Shown piece by piece: positions 17,569 through 27,208 of a stretch of DNA of 33,638 bases. The translations under genes and the position numbers were made by a program. The DNA lies in the IMG/VR virus record IMGVR_UViG_3300037762_000068, positions 1 to 33,638 of that record; one strand, 5' to 3'. This DNA comes from a virus (taxonomy: Duplodnaviria > Caudoviricetes). The notes beneath the pieces were generated by a model. That model did no database searches. It had not been told where the DNA came from and saw only the letters and a program-made list of their open reading frames with translations. The stretch's first letter is position 1. Each line of letters starts with the position of its first letter.

Positions 17569-19230
17569 TCAGGCGAGCCTCACGGCGCCGTTGTGCTGCG
17601 CCTGCTCGAAGTACTCGACCCACTGCTCGTACAGCGCCCGCTCGACGGCGCTAGAGGGTCGCGGGAAGTGGATGTTGACGACCGGCGCCGTAGCGTTGGA
17701 CAGTTGGTTGTTCGGGACGATCTGGCCCGAGGTCTTCGGCACGAACAGCTCGGGTCCCTTCTCACCGACGACGTAGGGCCGGCCAGCCTGGGCGGGGCCT
17801 CCGTGGGCCAGCCCGGGTATCGGGACGAAGGCGCCCGCGCCTGTGCCGAGGCCAGGGAAAACCGCGAGCAGGGCGCGCACCGCCAGCATGCGGCCGAGCA
17901 TGCGCGACAGGTCGGACAGGATGCCCTTCGCCATCGCCGCGAACGCCTCACCGAACCCCTTGGCCCTGGTCACGAGATCGGAGAAAGCGCTTGCGAAGTT
18001 GCTCGCGAACGACTCCGCAATCTCCTTGCCCCGGACCTCCACGTTCGTCAGTACGTCGTTGGTCTGCTCCAGCGCGGCCACGACAGCGGCGGCGAAATCA
18101 GTCGTTGAGAACGCCTCGCCGGCTGCGACGCGCATGTTGGTAAAGCTCTCGATGATTTCGTCGACTACGGTCCTCATGTCGCCGAAGTTGCCCAACATCC
18201 TGGAAGCGGCGGCGGAGGCGCCGGCGAAGTCTCGTTGTGCCAAAGACATCAGCGCGTTTGCTAGCTCGCCGATGACCTGACCGAGATTGAACGCAATCCG
18301 AAGCGGCGCAGCGAACGCCTGGGCTGCGAACTTCCCTGCAGCGATAGCGAACCCCGCCCACGCCGCGATTTTCCGGCTGTTCTCCGTGATCGTCTCGCCG
18401 AGGCCCTTGAAGCCATCCGAGCCCGCGAGTGTAGTCAGCTCGTCCAAGACCCTGGTCATCGCCGGCAGAAGCGCGTGTGCGACCGTGTCGCGGAACGTCA
18501 GCACATCGGCGACAAGCTCGCGGAAGCGGTTGGCGGGCGAGTCCATGGTCCGGCCGAGGTCGCCCATCGCGACTCCCGCTCGTTCCGCGATCAGCGCGAG
18601 GGTCGCGAGCGCCTTGTCCTGGCGCGTGATCTCGCCCGTGGCCTTGCCGGTCATCTCGGCAGCCTTCGCCATCACGTCGGCCTGGAGGACCACGACCTTG
18701 GCCGACTCCTTCAGCGCTTCCGTTTCGCCGTTGAGCGCGGAGATGATCGCCTGGGTAACCCGCTCAGCGCCGCCCTGCGTGTTGTTGAATGACGCGATAT
18801 CGGCAGCCATGCGAACGACCTGTTCCGACACCCCCGCCGACGCGCGCTGCGTGAACCCGAGCCCCTGCGTGATCGCGCCCGTGGTCGCCAGGAGCTCACG
18901 GCCCCGCGTAGTCGTCAGCCCGGCGGTCGCCGCGAAGTCATCGAGGAACCGCTGGGCATCCTGCGTCGCCGGCCCGAAGACGGTCCGGAACTTCGACGCC
19001 GTTTCCTCTACGGCCGCCCCGAGCTCGAAAACCTTGTGCGCAGCGAACGCGAGCCCCGTTGCCCCCGCCAGAACACTGAGCGCGCCCTGCCACGTCAGCG
19101 TCGAATCGGTGACCGACCCAAACTGCTTCTTGAGCGAGCGGGTACGCTTCTCGAGCGTGTTGAGCCCGGCCGTCACGCCAGTGACGTCGGCCCCAACTTT
19201 CACGACCAAGCTTGCGAGTACGCTGGCCAC
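17569..19230 (-). CDS. Tail tape measure protein
   Basis: Ala-rich helical; N-terminal LASLVVKVGAD; C-terminal AHGGP..AG.PY.VGE.GPELFVP. Confidence 0.92.
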   Translation of the reverse strand: MASVLASLVVKVGADVTGVTAGLNTLEKRTRSLKKQFGSVTDSTLTWQGALSVLAGATGLAFAAHKVFELGAAVEETASKFRTVFGPATQDAQRFLDDFAATAGLTTTRGRELLATTGAITQGLGFTQRASAGVSEQVVRMAADIASFNNTQGGAERVTQAIISALNGETEALKESAKVVVLQADVMAKAAEMTGKATGEITRQDKALATLALIAERAGVAMGDLGRTMDSPANRFRELVADVLTFRDTVAHALLPAMTRVLDELTTLAGSDGFKGLGETITENSRKIAAWAGFAIAAGKFAAQAFAAPLRIAFNLGQVIGELANALMSLAQRDFAGASAAASRMLGNFGDMRTVVDEIIESFTNMRVAAGEAFSTTDFAAAVVAALEQTNDVLTNVEVRGKEIAESFASNFASAFSDLVTRAKGFGEAFAAMAKGILSDLSRMLGRMLAVRALLAVFPGLGTGAGAFVPIPGLAHGGPAQAGRPYVVGEKGPELFVPKTSGQIVPNNQLSNATAPVVNIHFPRPSSAVERALYEQWVEYFEQAQHNGAVRLA

Positions 19231-19466
19231 TAGCCGCCCTTCGCCTTACGGGCCGCAGCCGCCTGGAGCTTCCGTTGCATCGCCTCCTCCGAGTCCCACC
19301 GTGTGACTTCTGGGTCCTGCTCGCTCGCGTCGATCAGGTAAAACGCCACCCAGTCCCGGAAGTCGTCGGGAGTGAGGTGGTGTGCTAGGCTCCGGACGCT
19401 GGGGAATCCGAGATCACGGGCGATCCGGAGGAGGATGTAGCGCTCGGGATCTCGGTGGATTTTCCC
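19230..19466 (-). CDS. Tail assembly chaperone -1 frameshift extension (gpGT-like)
   Basis: Slippery G GGA AAA at 19460-19466; the -1 frame stays open (IHRDPERYILLRIARDLG...FRDWVAFY...) to a TAG overlapping the tape measure start. Confidence 0.85.
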   Translation of the reverse strand, partial: GKIHRDPERYILLRIARDLGFPSVRSLAHHLTPDDFRDWVAFYLIDASEQDPEVTRWDSEEAMQRKLQAAAARKAKGG

Positions 19467-19825
19467 ACGGCCGCCTCCACCTCCTCGTCCGTCAGGCCGT
19501 TGATCGCGATGAACGCCCGCTGCAGCGTCTCGACGGTGCGCTGAGACTTGCGCCTCAGGACCGCCACGGCCTCGTGGATCTCGTCATCGGCGAACATCGG
19601 CGAGCCGTCAGGTACGCACAGCGACGCGGCAACGAGCGCGAGCGAGAGCACTGTGTCTCGTTCGTCGCCCCCCCCCGCGCCGTTGGTCTGGGCCAGCCAC
19701 TTCCGGCGAAAGTCCAGCCGCTCGCCGACCGACATCTCACGCAGGACGACCGTGCCGAAGCCCGGCACGTCTACCGGCTTGCGCTGGAGGTCCGACTCGG
19801 CCAGGAACTGCTCACGTGTCAGCAT
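19385..19825 (-). CDS. Tail assembly chaperone (gpG-like)
   Basis: MLTREQFL...V.VP..G.V.LREMS..ER; upstream of tape measure. Confidence 0.85.
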   Translation of the reverse strand: MLTREQFLAESDLQRKPVDVPGFGTVVLREMSVGERLDFRRKWLAQTNGAGGGDERDTVLSLALVAASLCVPDGSPMFADDEIHEAVAVLRRKSQRTVETLQRAFIAINGLTDEEVEAAVGKSTEIPSATSSSGSPVISDSPASGA

Positions 19826-19834
19826 CTCGTCTCC

Positions 19835-20254
19835 CTATAGGCTCCTGAGGATCCGGCTCCTGAGTTGGTCCCGGATCTCGTCGACCACGTCGTCTTTCGT
19901 CGCATCGAGCGCGGGCCTGAGGAACGGCTGCGCGGACGCGAACTGCGTGCCCGTCTCCTGCAGGCGCCCGTACCAGGCGTCCTTGTGCATCCCTACGTGG
20001 ACCTCGGCCTTGTCCTGCGTGCGCGTGAACTTCACCTCCGCCTCGATGTGCGAGGCGAGGAAGCCGGGCGGGTTGCCGTGCGAGCCGTCAGCGGAGCGCG
20101 GCGCGAGCTGGCTTGCGACCGAGCGCGTGATCTCCGCGCCGGCCGCCGTAGCCTCGCGCAGTACCTCGCCCTGCGTGTCCACGGCGAGCCGCTTGATCGC
20201 AGCCTCCAGGTCGTCCAGACCCTCGAGCCGTGCGACCGCCCGCTTCCTGGCCAT
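19835..20254 (-). CDS. HK97 gp10-family tail completion protein
   Basis: LEGLDDLE; WYGRLQETGT...AQPFLRPALD; start at 20254. Confidence 0.9.
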   Translation of the reverse strand: MARKRAVARLEGLDDLEAAIKRLAVDTQGEVLREATAAGAEITRSVASQLAPRSADGSHGNPPGFLASHIEAEVKFTRTQDKAEVHVGMHKDAWYGRLQETGTQFASAQPFLRPALDATKDDVVDEIRDQLRSRILRSL

Positions 20255-20670
20255 TACGGCGTCACGTCGCGGGTCAGCGTGCCGGCCGACAGGATCTCGA
20301 CTTCCGCGACCTGCTGGTCGCCGACGTGGCCGCCCACCGGCTTGTATGAGCCGATGACTCCGGTCCCGGTCCACTCGGGGTTCGTCGCGCCCTCGCCACC
20401 CGACGCGGGGCTGAAGATGATCGCGACGGTCTTGCCGATTCCGCGGTTGTCCGCGTGCGAGAGCACCGAGTCGGGGCCACCGGAAGCGAACGGCGTCAGG
20501 AACTTGAGGCTCAGGCTCCACACGTCGAGCCCGATTTCGTTCGACCGCGCGATGTCACCCATCGCGGTGTCGTCCTGCATCTCGGCATCGAAGTTCAGCG
20601 TGGCTTCGACGCAGTACGCCGACAGGTCGGTGCCCGCGATCGAGATTACGGCATCGGATAGAATGGCCAT
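20254..20670 (-). CDS. Major tail tube protein (probable)
   Basis: 138 aa; ISIAGTDLS...DDTAMGD...GL..WSLSL...NPEWTG tube-like pattern. Confidence 0.75.
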   Translation of the reverse strand: MAILSDAVISIAGTDLSAYCVEATLNFDAEMQDDTAMGDIARSNEIGLDVWSLSLKFLTPFASGGPDSVLSHADNRGIGKTVAIIFSPASGGEGATNPEWTGTGVIGSYKPVGGHVGDQQVAEVEILSAGTLTRDVTP

Positions 20671-20682
20671 GGTCCCGCTCCT

Positions 20683-21414
20683 CTATTTTACGCCCACGGT
20701 GATTACGACGTCGAAGTTCGGGCTGGCGGTGCCGCCGATCGTGTAGGAGATCCTGTACCACGTGTCACTGATCGCGCCCGCGACGGGCGTGGCCCACTCG
20801 CTCCCGGCGGCGGTGACTTGCGCGAACGTGATCCGGGTCGTCTCCGCCCCAGAGAAGTCGTCCGCCGCGTCTGATTCCAGGATCATGTCGAGCGTCGGGT
20901 TCGTGCCGCCGACAGCGGTCACGTGGAGCCCGGCGTACAGCTTCTCGGTCGCCGCCACCGCGCCAAGCTCGTAGGCCGTGCCGTCGCCTGTGGCCGTGAG
21001 GTTGGCGTTGACCAGGATGGTCCCGTGCACCATCCCCGCGCCGCCGGAGCCCTTGAGGCTCAGGCTGAAGCGGTGCATGGGCCCGACGGCGCCGCCGAGC
21101 TTGTACGCGCCCTGAGACGTCAGGCCGAAGAACGCGACCTCTCCCCCCGCGCCCGTCAGCGGCGCGACCGTGGCCAGCACGTCCTCGAGGCCCGCGTGCG
21201 CGGCGAAGATCGTGTCGGGCAGCGCTGTACCCGCCGACCACAGCCCCTCTTCCTCGACGCTGAACGCGTCCATGCCCACGTAGTTCGAGCGGGTGTCGTC
21301 CCCGAAGACCGTATCGTCTTCGATGACCGGATCGAGGTCGAGCACCAGGCCGTTCAGGTACCCACTGAGCGCGTACTCGGCCACAAAAAGCTTGCGAGAC
21401 TGGACGATCGTCAT
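20683..21414 (-). CDS. Second tail-tube-like protein with C-terminal beta domain
   Basis: LSGY...EDDTVFGDDTRSNYVGM resembles the neighbouring tube protein. Confidence 0.65.
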   Translation of the reverse strand: MTIVQSRKLFVAEYALSGYLNGLVLDLDPVIEDDTVFGDDTRSNYVGMDAFSVEEEGLWSAGTALPDTIFAAHAGLEDVLATVAPLTGAGGEVAFFGLTSQGAYKLGGAVGPMHRFSLSLKGSGGAGMVHGTILVNANLTATGDGTAYELGAVAATEKLYAGLHVTAVGGTNPTLDMILESDAADDFSGAETTRITFAQVTAAGSEWATPVAGAISDTWYRISYTIGGTASPNFDVVITVGVK

Positions 21415-21417
21415 GAG

Positions 21418-21828
21418 CTACGCCTCGTCCTCGAAGAAAACGAGATAGTCCTGCATCACGCGCGGCACGCCGGACGTGCCGTCCTCCAGCACTTCGGGCT
21501 CGAACCTGTCGAGCTCGTTCGCGATGAAGACGTGCTCGACCACGATCCCGCCGGCCGTACCGCCCCACCGAGCGAGCGCGAGCCGTACCTGTTTCGCCAG
21601 CGCCTGCGCGCCCGCGTAGGTCGCCGCGAACGAGTCCACCTGCATCCGTGCCGTCACGTCGCCCGTGTCCGCGCCCATCGCGGACTCGCGGACCGCGCTG
21701 ATTTGCTGGTAGCGGATCGCGGGATACGTCACGTTCTGCGGGAGCCGGAGCGCATAGATCCGCGTGCCCACGAGATTCGAGACTCCCGCGACGGCTGCGA
21801 GTCGGGCATACACAGCCTTCCCGATCAA
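21418..21828 (-). CDS. Tail terminator (DUF3168-like)
   Basis: LVGTRIY...PQ...YPAI.Y..IS...QVDSFA.TY..A..LA..VR.AL. Confidence 0.85.
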   Translation of the reverse strand: MIGKAVYARLAAVAGVSNLVGTRIYALRLPQNVTYPAIRYQQISAVRESAMGADTGDVTARMQVDSFAATYAGAQALAKQVRLALARWGGTAGGIVVEHVFIANELDRFEPEVLEDGTSGVPRVMQDYLVFFEDEA

Positions 21829-22151
21829 TTCGCGCTCCTGCTGGCCAGGAGGATCAGCTCCTCTTTGAGTCCTGTCGGATCCGAGTAGGACTCGATGTCG
21901 TAGTAGATGCTCGCGTGCTTGATGCGCATCTTCGCCGTCACGTCCGAGCGGTGCCGGATGGTGAACTGCGTCGAGACCTTGGCGTTGACCTGCTGGGCCT
22001 GGAACAGTTCACGACCAGACAGATCCAACTTCTCGGCAGATAGCGTTGCCAGGACACCCCACGTCGGGATCGGCTCGCCGAACGCGTCCTGCGCCTCGGT
22101 CGCGGATTCGATGGTCACGCGGTGCCTCAAGCGGCCGGCCCTGAGCGCCAT
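21825..22151 (-). CDS. Head closure/head-tail adaptor (SPP1 gp16-like)
   Basis: AGRLRHRVTI...D.FG....W...SGRE...A.Q...IRHR.DVT..MRI. Confidence 0.9.
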   Translation of the reverse strand: MALRAGRLRHRVTIESATEAQDAFGEPIPTWGVLATLSAEKLDLSGRELFQAQQVNAKVSTQFTIRHRSDVTAKMRIKHASIYYDIESYSDPTGLKEELILLASRSAN

Positions 22152-23083
22152 CAGAACAGCACCGCCTCGGACTCGACGAGCGTGTCGACGAACTCGAGTC
22201 GGGAGGAGAGCGTTCCGACGACCGTGCCTTCCCGGTGCAGATACAAGTCGCCCGCACGGAGGAGCATCCAGGACAGGAAGTTCCCCGGGATGTCGCTCCG
22301 GTCGTCCCCGTACCCGGCCACGAATTCGATCCGGACCGCATTCGGCTCGATCCGATGGATCGGCCACTCACCTTCGTAGGCCAGGTAGACCCGGCCCCGG
22401 ACGCCGCTCGTGTCCACCTCATACTCGGTGGTGGCCAGGGTCTGCTCGACGCCGTCGTCATCGATGTACTTGACGCTCGATACCGACTGGAGCGGCGGCT
22501 TCGGTAGCTCGACCTCGACGACCGGGAACGAGTCGTAGAGCGCTCGCCACGTCTGGGTGATGAGCGCCCGGCCCCTCTTCTCGACCTCACGTCGTGCCGT
22601 CTCAATGGCGCGCACGAGCTCCGGATCCTCGGTCGTGTTGGTCGTCGGGGCCGCAGCGCCGAGCGAGGCGTCCGCGATGTTGTCCGTGTACGTCGTCGTC
22701 GAGTTGTCCGCGATCGTGGCAAGGGCGAGGTAGTCCGTCCCGCCCGCCTCGGTGCGGTAGAGCTCGCGCGACGTGACCGCCGCACCGCCGGTCGGGATGG
22801 CAGTCAGCTCGACCTTGCCGTTCACCGTCTTGTCGGCGACGGTCACCGCGGCGGAGATCGTCCCGCCTTCCGTCTCCCCGTCCGCCGTGACGAACGTGAC
22901 CCGGTAGCGGTGCGCGCCGTCGTCGACGTTGCCGGCGACCGCCGGGGACGCGAGCGCGACGGTCGGAGCCCCAGGCGCGGGCTCGCCGTCCTCGTCGTCG
23001 AGCCGGAGGTGCTTGCGCAGGGACGCGACGGTCAGCGGCTCCAGGGCCGGGGCGGTTACGAGCTCCAGTCGGGGTTCAAGCAT
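22151..23083 (-). CDS. Head-tail connector (gp6/gp15-like) with inserted beta domain
   Basis: P.LEPLT...L.KHLRLD...AR..VE...RALITQTW...LP.PPLQSV.SVKY...AGYG. Confidence 0.85.
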   Translation of the reverse strand: MLEPRLELVTAPALEPLTVASLRKHLRLDDEDGEPAPGAPTVALASPAVAGNVDDGAHRYRVTFVTADGETEGGTISAAVTVADKTVNGKVELTAIPTGGAAVTSRELYRTEAGGTDYLALATIADNSTTTYTDNIADASLGAAAPTTNTTEDPELVRAIETARREVEKRGRALITQTWRALYDSFPVVEVELPKPPLQSVSSVKYIDDDGVEQTLATTEYEVDTSGVRGRVYLAYEGEWPIHRIEPNAVRIEFVAGYGDDRSDIPGNFLSWMLLRAGDLYLHREGTVVGTLSSRLEFVDTLVESEAVLF

Positions 23084-23091
23084 CGCATCCC

Positions 23092-23742
23092 TTACTCGTC
23101 GACCTCTTCGAAGAGGACTGTCACCCGGAACAGCGAGGTGGTCGTCGCGGCCTGCGACACCAGGCTGATTGCCGTGCCTGGCGCGACGAGCAGATCGTCG
23201 TCGTAGTGCTCGTACCACATCCAGGGCGCGACCGCGGTGGCCGCGACGCCCGTGAAGAGCGAGAGCCCGCACGGACGGTAGAACGCGGGAATCGCCGTGA
23301 AGGTGTTGGTCGTAGGACTCCAGATCGCCTTCTGGTCCACCAGGCCGCCCGCCATCGCGCTCTTGGCCGCCACCGCCGTAGCGGTGAGGATGGCCGAGGC
23401 GGTGGCCGCCTGGCTGCCCGCGTTTTCCGTGATGTTCCACGCCAGCGAGGTCGGCGCGTTGTCCCCCGAGACGTAGCCCAGCAGGAGCTTCTTCACCGAC
23501 ACGATCCGCCCGCTGTTGAGCGGGTTGAAGAGCGTCGGATGCCCGCCGGCGGTGGCCGCCGCGATGATCGCGATCCCGCCCGTGGCTGACGTCGCGACCA
23601 ACAGGCGCCCTGCCACGGCGGCCAAGTAGGAGCCGGCCTTGACCAGCAGCCGTCCGTCCGTGCCCAGGGCGAGCGGCGCGTACTGCCCCTCGGGGCTGGT
23701 CTGGGTGCCGGTGCGCCCGAGTACTTGGATCTGCTCGCTCAT
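23092..23742 (-). CDS. Virion structural protein (head decoration region)
   Basis: Ala/Thr/Gly-rich ORF between capsid and neck genes. Confidence 0.7.
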   Translation of the reverse strand: MSEQIQVLGRTGTQTSPEGQYAPLALGTDGRLLVKAGSYLAAVAGRLLVATSATGGIAIIAAATAGGHPTLFNPLNSGRIVSVKKLLLGYVSGDNAPTSLAWNITENAGSQAATASAILTATAVAAKSAMAGGLVDQKAIWSPTTNTFTAIPAFYRPCGLSLFTGVAATAVAPWMWYEHYDDDLLVAPGTAISLVSQAATTTSLFRVTVLFEEVDE

Positions 23743-23758
23743 TGGATCAGCTCCCTGG

Positions 23759-24634
23759 TTAGACCGTCTCGAGGTAGTAGATGCTCACCGTCACGGAGCC
23801 GGCCGAAACCGAAGTGAAGTCGGCGTTGGTCGTGATGGTCAGGGTCGGCGAGTTCGCGACCTGAATCAGCTTGTCACCGGATGGGACGCCCGACTCCACC
23901 CCGGTGGCGTCGGTGCTGAACACGTCGATGGTCCCCGTGTTGTAGCGGTCCACGTCGGACCCGTCGCCGATCGTCAGGGCGGCGGAGACGTCGCCCGCGA
24001 ACCCGGCACCGACGATGACCTTGGAGCCGAGCAGGACCGCACCAGCGGGCACGGTTCCGGCGAAGTCCACCTGCCCGGTGGCGTCGAGGTTGTCCGTGAA
24101 CGCACCGAAGGCGTGTGTCTCGGTGAGCACCGAAACCTTCGGCACGGCGAGGGTGAAGGCACCCGCATTGTCCATCGTCGCGTCGCCGCTCGGTGTGACG
24201 GCCACCGGGCGGTTGGAGGCGTTGCCGACCAGAATCGTCCCGTCCGCCTGGTTCGCGTGCATGGCGAGCGTCACCTTGGTCGCCCCGATCGCCACAGCGC
24301 CCGCGTTGTCGATCGTGACATCACCGGAGACCGCTACCGACGCGAGCGTCGTCCCGTCGCCGACGAGGATCTGCGCGTCCGTCTCGGCCGCGAGTGCTAC
24401 CGCAGCCCCAGCCGCGTCGCCCACGAGGACGCTGCCTTCGATGAGCGCGATGTCAGCGGCCTGGAGCACCTCGTCGCTCAAGTCGACTACGGCGCCAGCT
24501 TGCAGCTCGAGCTCCGCCCTGGCCGGGAACGTGACCTTTCGGTTGGTCATATCGACCGTCACGATCCGGTTCCCGACTGAATCGTAGATGACGAGATTCC
24601 CATCTACCTCGCGGACGGAGCCAGAGAGCGCCAT
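23759..24634 (-). CDS. Head fibre-like protein with internal repeats
   Basis: Repeats of ILVG(D/N)...V..SGD.T.DNAG. Confidence 0.7.
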   Translation of the reverse strand: MALSGSVREVDGNLVIYDSVGNRIVTVDMTNRKVTFPARAELELQAGAVVDLSDEVLQAADIALIEGSVLVGDAAGAAVALAAETDAQILVGDGTTLASVAVSGDVTIDNAGAVAIGATKVTLAMHANQADGTILVGNASNRPVAVTPSGDATMDNAGAFTLAVPKVSVLTETHAFGAFTDNLDATGQVDFAGTVPAGAVLLGSKVIVGAGFAGDVSAALTIGDGSDVDRYNTGTIDVFSTDATGVESGVPSGDKLIQVANSPTLTITTNADFTSVSAGSVTVSIYYLETV

Positions 24635-24637
24635 CTA

Positions 24638-25129
24638 TCAGGCCGCCGCGACCGTCGCGCCGTCGTCCAGCGGGATGTAGTGGATCTGCCACTTGGTCTC
24701 ACCGGCGACGCTCGCGGATGCCTTGAGCTGGATCGCACCAGCCGGTAGCACGATGCCGCGCGCCTGGATGCCGTTCAGGAAGGTCACGTTCGGAACCTCG
24801 GTGCCGCCCACCTTCTGCGCAGACATCACGTCCGCCGCGACCCCGGTGATGCCGTAGAGCGTGCCCACCGCATCCGCGTCACAGGTCGTCGCCGCCGACA
24901 GCGCAACCTCAGAACCTCCCGACTTCGTGGACACGACGTTGAGGTTCGTGGTCCCGATCTGGACCGTCACCTCGCCGACGATCGACGTGAGCAGGATGCG
25001 GCCACCCGTGATCGTGAACAGGTCGCCCGTGGCGCCCTGCGGCAGGGTCTCCGCCGCCCTGTCCACGCGGAACCCGAGGGCAAGCGCCTCGTAGACCTGT
25101 GCGTCCTGGCTTGCGGGATTCACCGGCAT
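24638..25129 (-). CDS. Virion structural protein (head decoration)
   Basis: RBS plus beta-rich ORF after capsid. Confidence 0.7.
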   Translation of the reverse strand: MPVNPASQDAQVYEALALGFRVDRAAETLPQGATGDLFTITGGRILLTSIVGEVTVQIGTTNLNVVSTKSGGSEVALSAATTCDADAVGTLYGITGVAADVMSAQKVGGTEVPNVTFLNGIQARGIVLPAGAIQLKASASVAGETKWQIHYIPLDDGATVAAA

Positions 25130-25189
25130 GTTCGGACTCCTGTAGTTCAGGCGGGGAGACCGGCCCCGAAGGACCGGCCCCCCAGCCGG

Positions 25190-25648
25190 TTACACGATGG
25201 TGTCGGCCGTCAGGTCGGTGTAGGCGAAGGTCGGCTCCGCGCGCTCGAAGTAGACGATGCACTCGTCACCTGCGGTCGCCTGCTCGATCCTGACCCCGAC
25301 GTGGGTCGCGGTCGCGAGCACTTCGAGAACCTGCTCGATGTCGCACTCGAGCCACACGAAATCGCCGACCGCGTCGGCCTCGGTAGCGAATGCGTGCTCG
25401 ACCACGACGGTGGCGCCCGTGCCGGCTGCGTCCGTCGCGGCGATGATCTCGAAGGCGTCGATGTTGCCGGTCCCGACCGAGCGGAACAGCCCCGCCAGGA
25501 ACCGGCGGTAGCCGTCCGTGATGGCGAAGCAGTCGGCGGTCGGCGTGAGCGCCACGACCTGCGGGTCGTCCGCGCTGGCCACGTCGTGCTCGACGATGAC
25601 GCGCGCCGCCCGCGACCGGAGGTGTTGCGCGGTGTATGTTGCAGGCAT
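25190..25648 (-). CDS. Head decoration/cement-like protein
   Basis: Directly follows capsid; AGGAG RBS; followed by a UUCG hairpin at about 25153-25183. Confidence 0.7.
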   Translation of the reverse strand: MPATYTAQHLRSRAARVIVEHDVASADDPQVVALTPTADCFAITDGYRRFLAGLFRSVGTGNIDAFEIIAATDAAGTGATVVVEHAFATEADAVGDFVWLECDIEQVLEVLATATHVGVRIEQATAGDECIVYFERAEPTFAYTDLTADTIV

Positions 25649-25678
25649 GTTCCAGTCTCCTGTTAGTTCAGCGCCGGG

Positions 25679-27100
25679 TCACGCCCGAGCGGCCAAGAGC
25701 ACGATGGGCGACAGGGTGTCGGATGACTTGTTCGGCGTGAGCGCGGCTCTCCACCACGGAGCACCGGCGTTCCTGAGCCAGAACTTGAACGCCCGCTCGT
25801 GCTCAACGAACCGGACGTGGACCGACTCGGCCGACTGAAGCGGCTGGTAGAGAGCCTCCAGGTACTGGCTGAAGTTCACGAGCGCGATGTCACCCGCGTC
25901 CCCCACCTTGTCCATGTACTCGGAGTAGAAGACCGGCCGGCCCCAGAGCATGTCGGGGAACCGCTCCTGCTGCGCCGGCTGGTAGAGCAGCACGCCGCCG
26001 GTCCCGATCGGGATCGAGAGCACCGCGAGCTGCGGGCGCGTGTCGTGGTTCGCGAGCCAGATCGCGTTCCCGAAGCCCCAGCACCGGGCCGCCATCTTGA
26101 TGATGTTGTTCGCGACGATCGTGTCCGCCGCCTGGCCGGTTTCCTTCGCGACCGAAATCGCCGCCGCCGAGTTCTTGAATCCGAGGAACTCGTTCCCGCC
26201 CCCCCCGCGGATCTTCTCGTCCAGCATGTGCGCGGAGAACTGATCCCGGAACCCGGCCGCGATCATGGCCACGAAGGTCAGCGCGGAATCCACCAGGATC
26301 TCCTCGGTCGCGTAGGCCAGCCCGAACAGGCTCGACGCCTTGAGCGTGATCTTCTCGAGCTCCATCCGAGACGATGACGCGGCCACGGTCTCGGGACGCC
26401 TGGTCACCGTGAGCCCACCCGACACGCTCGTGGTGTGGGTCTTGTCCGTCCGGGCCGAGATCTCGACCGAGGGCGTGACCATCGGGACGGCAGTCGTGCG
26501 GCCGGCCGTGGGGTCGCCCTCGAACGGCGTCGAGAGCATCCCGGGGAGGACCGTGGTCGGCACGGCGAACCCGCCGTAGCGGTCGTCGTAGCCACCCTGC
26601 TCGTCCGATCCGGCGGCGGCCAAAAGGCCCCGCGGAGTGAACGCTTCGGGGAGCATGTAGACGAGCCCGCCGGCAGCGGCCTTGTCCTCCCTGTCGAGGA
26701 CCGCCAGCGGACGGAGCCGCTCGTCCTCCACGCTCGCTCGTTCGCGGGCGCCGGCGTTGTTCATCGCCGACATGAGGAAGTCGCGGTGGGAGCGGAATCC
26801 CTTGCGCGGATCGTCCTCGGCCCGGAGCCGCCCGACCCGCGTGTCCGTGCCCGCGACCTGATCGCGGACAGGCCCGGCGCTGCCGAGCTCGGCCAGCCGC
26901 TCGTTCTTCTTGGCCTCGTCGTGATACGCCGTCTTCGCGGCGGTGATCTGCACATCGAAGACGTCCTGGGCCGACCGCTCCTCGGCGCTGAGCTCGCGGC
27001 CCTCCTCTTCGGCCTTGGCCTGGGCGGCGGTGAGGGCGTCGTTCGCCTGCTTCACCAGGCCGTCCCACTTGGCCCTGAGCTCGTGGATTCGTGCGGCCAT
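25679..27100 (-). CDS. Major capsid protein, HK97 fold with N-terminal coiled-coil delta domain
   Basis: Start MAARIHELR at 27100; GGFAVP, TEEIL.DS, L.GRPV..SE, GDI.L.NFSQY motifs. Confidence 0.93.
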   Translation of the reverse strand: MAARIHELRAKWDGLVKQANDALTAAQAKAEEEGRELSAEERSAQDVFDVQITAAKTAYHDEAKKNERLAELGSAGPVRDQVAGTDTRVGRLRAEDDPRKGFRSHRDFLMSAMNNAGARERASVEDERLRPLAVLDREDKAAAGGLVYMLPEAFTPRGLLAAAGSDEQGGYDDRYGGFAVPTTVLPGMLSTPFEGDPTAGRTTAVPMVTPSVEISARTDKTHTTSVSGGLTVTRRPETVAASSSRMELEKITLKASSLFGLAYATEEILVDSALTFVAMIAAGFRDQFSAHMLDEKIRGGGGNEFLGFKNSAAAISVAKETGQAADTIVANNIIKMAARCWGFGNAIWLANHDTRPQLAVLSIPIGTGGVLLYQPAQQERFPDMLWGRPVFYSEYMDKVGDAGDIALVNFSQYLEALYQPLQSAESVHVRFVEHERAFKFWLRNAGAPWWRAALTPNKSSDTLSPIVLLAARA

Positions 27101-27143
27101 TTCGTGTTCTCCCGGTCGGTCGGCGCCGGGGATGGCACACACG

Positions 27144-27208
27144 AAAAAGCGCGGGTGACGGAATCCCGGCGCCCGAAGTGGTTTCGGGTCACCGGCCGTC
27201 ACACGCGC
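27144..27208 (-). terminator. Long stem-loop followed by U5 (terminator/attenuator-like)
   Basis: Arms 27149-27161 and 27196-27208 pair 12/13; TTTTT follows on the minus strand. Confidence 0.5.
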
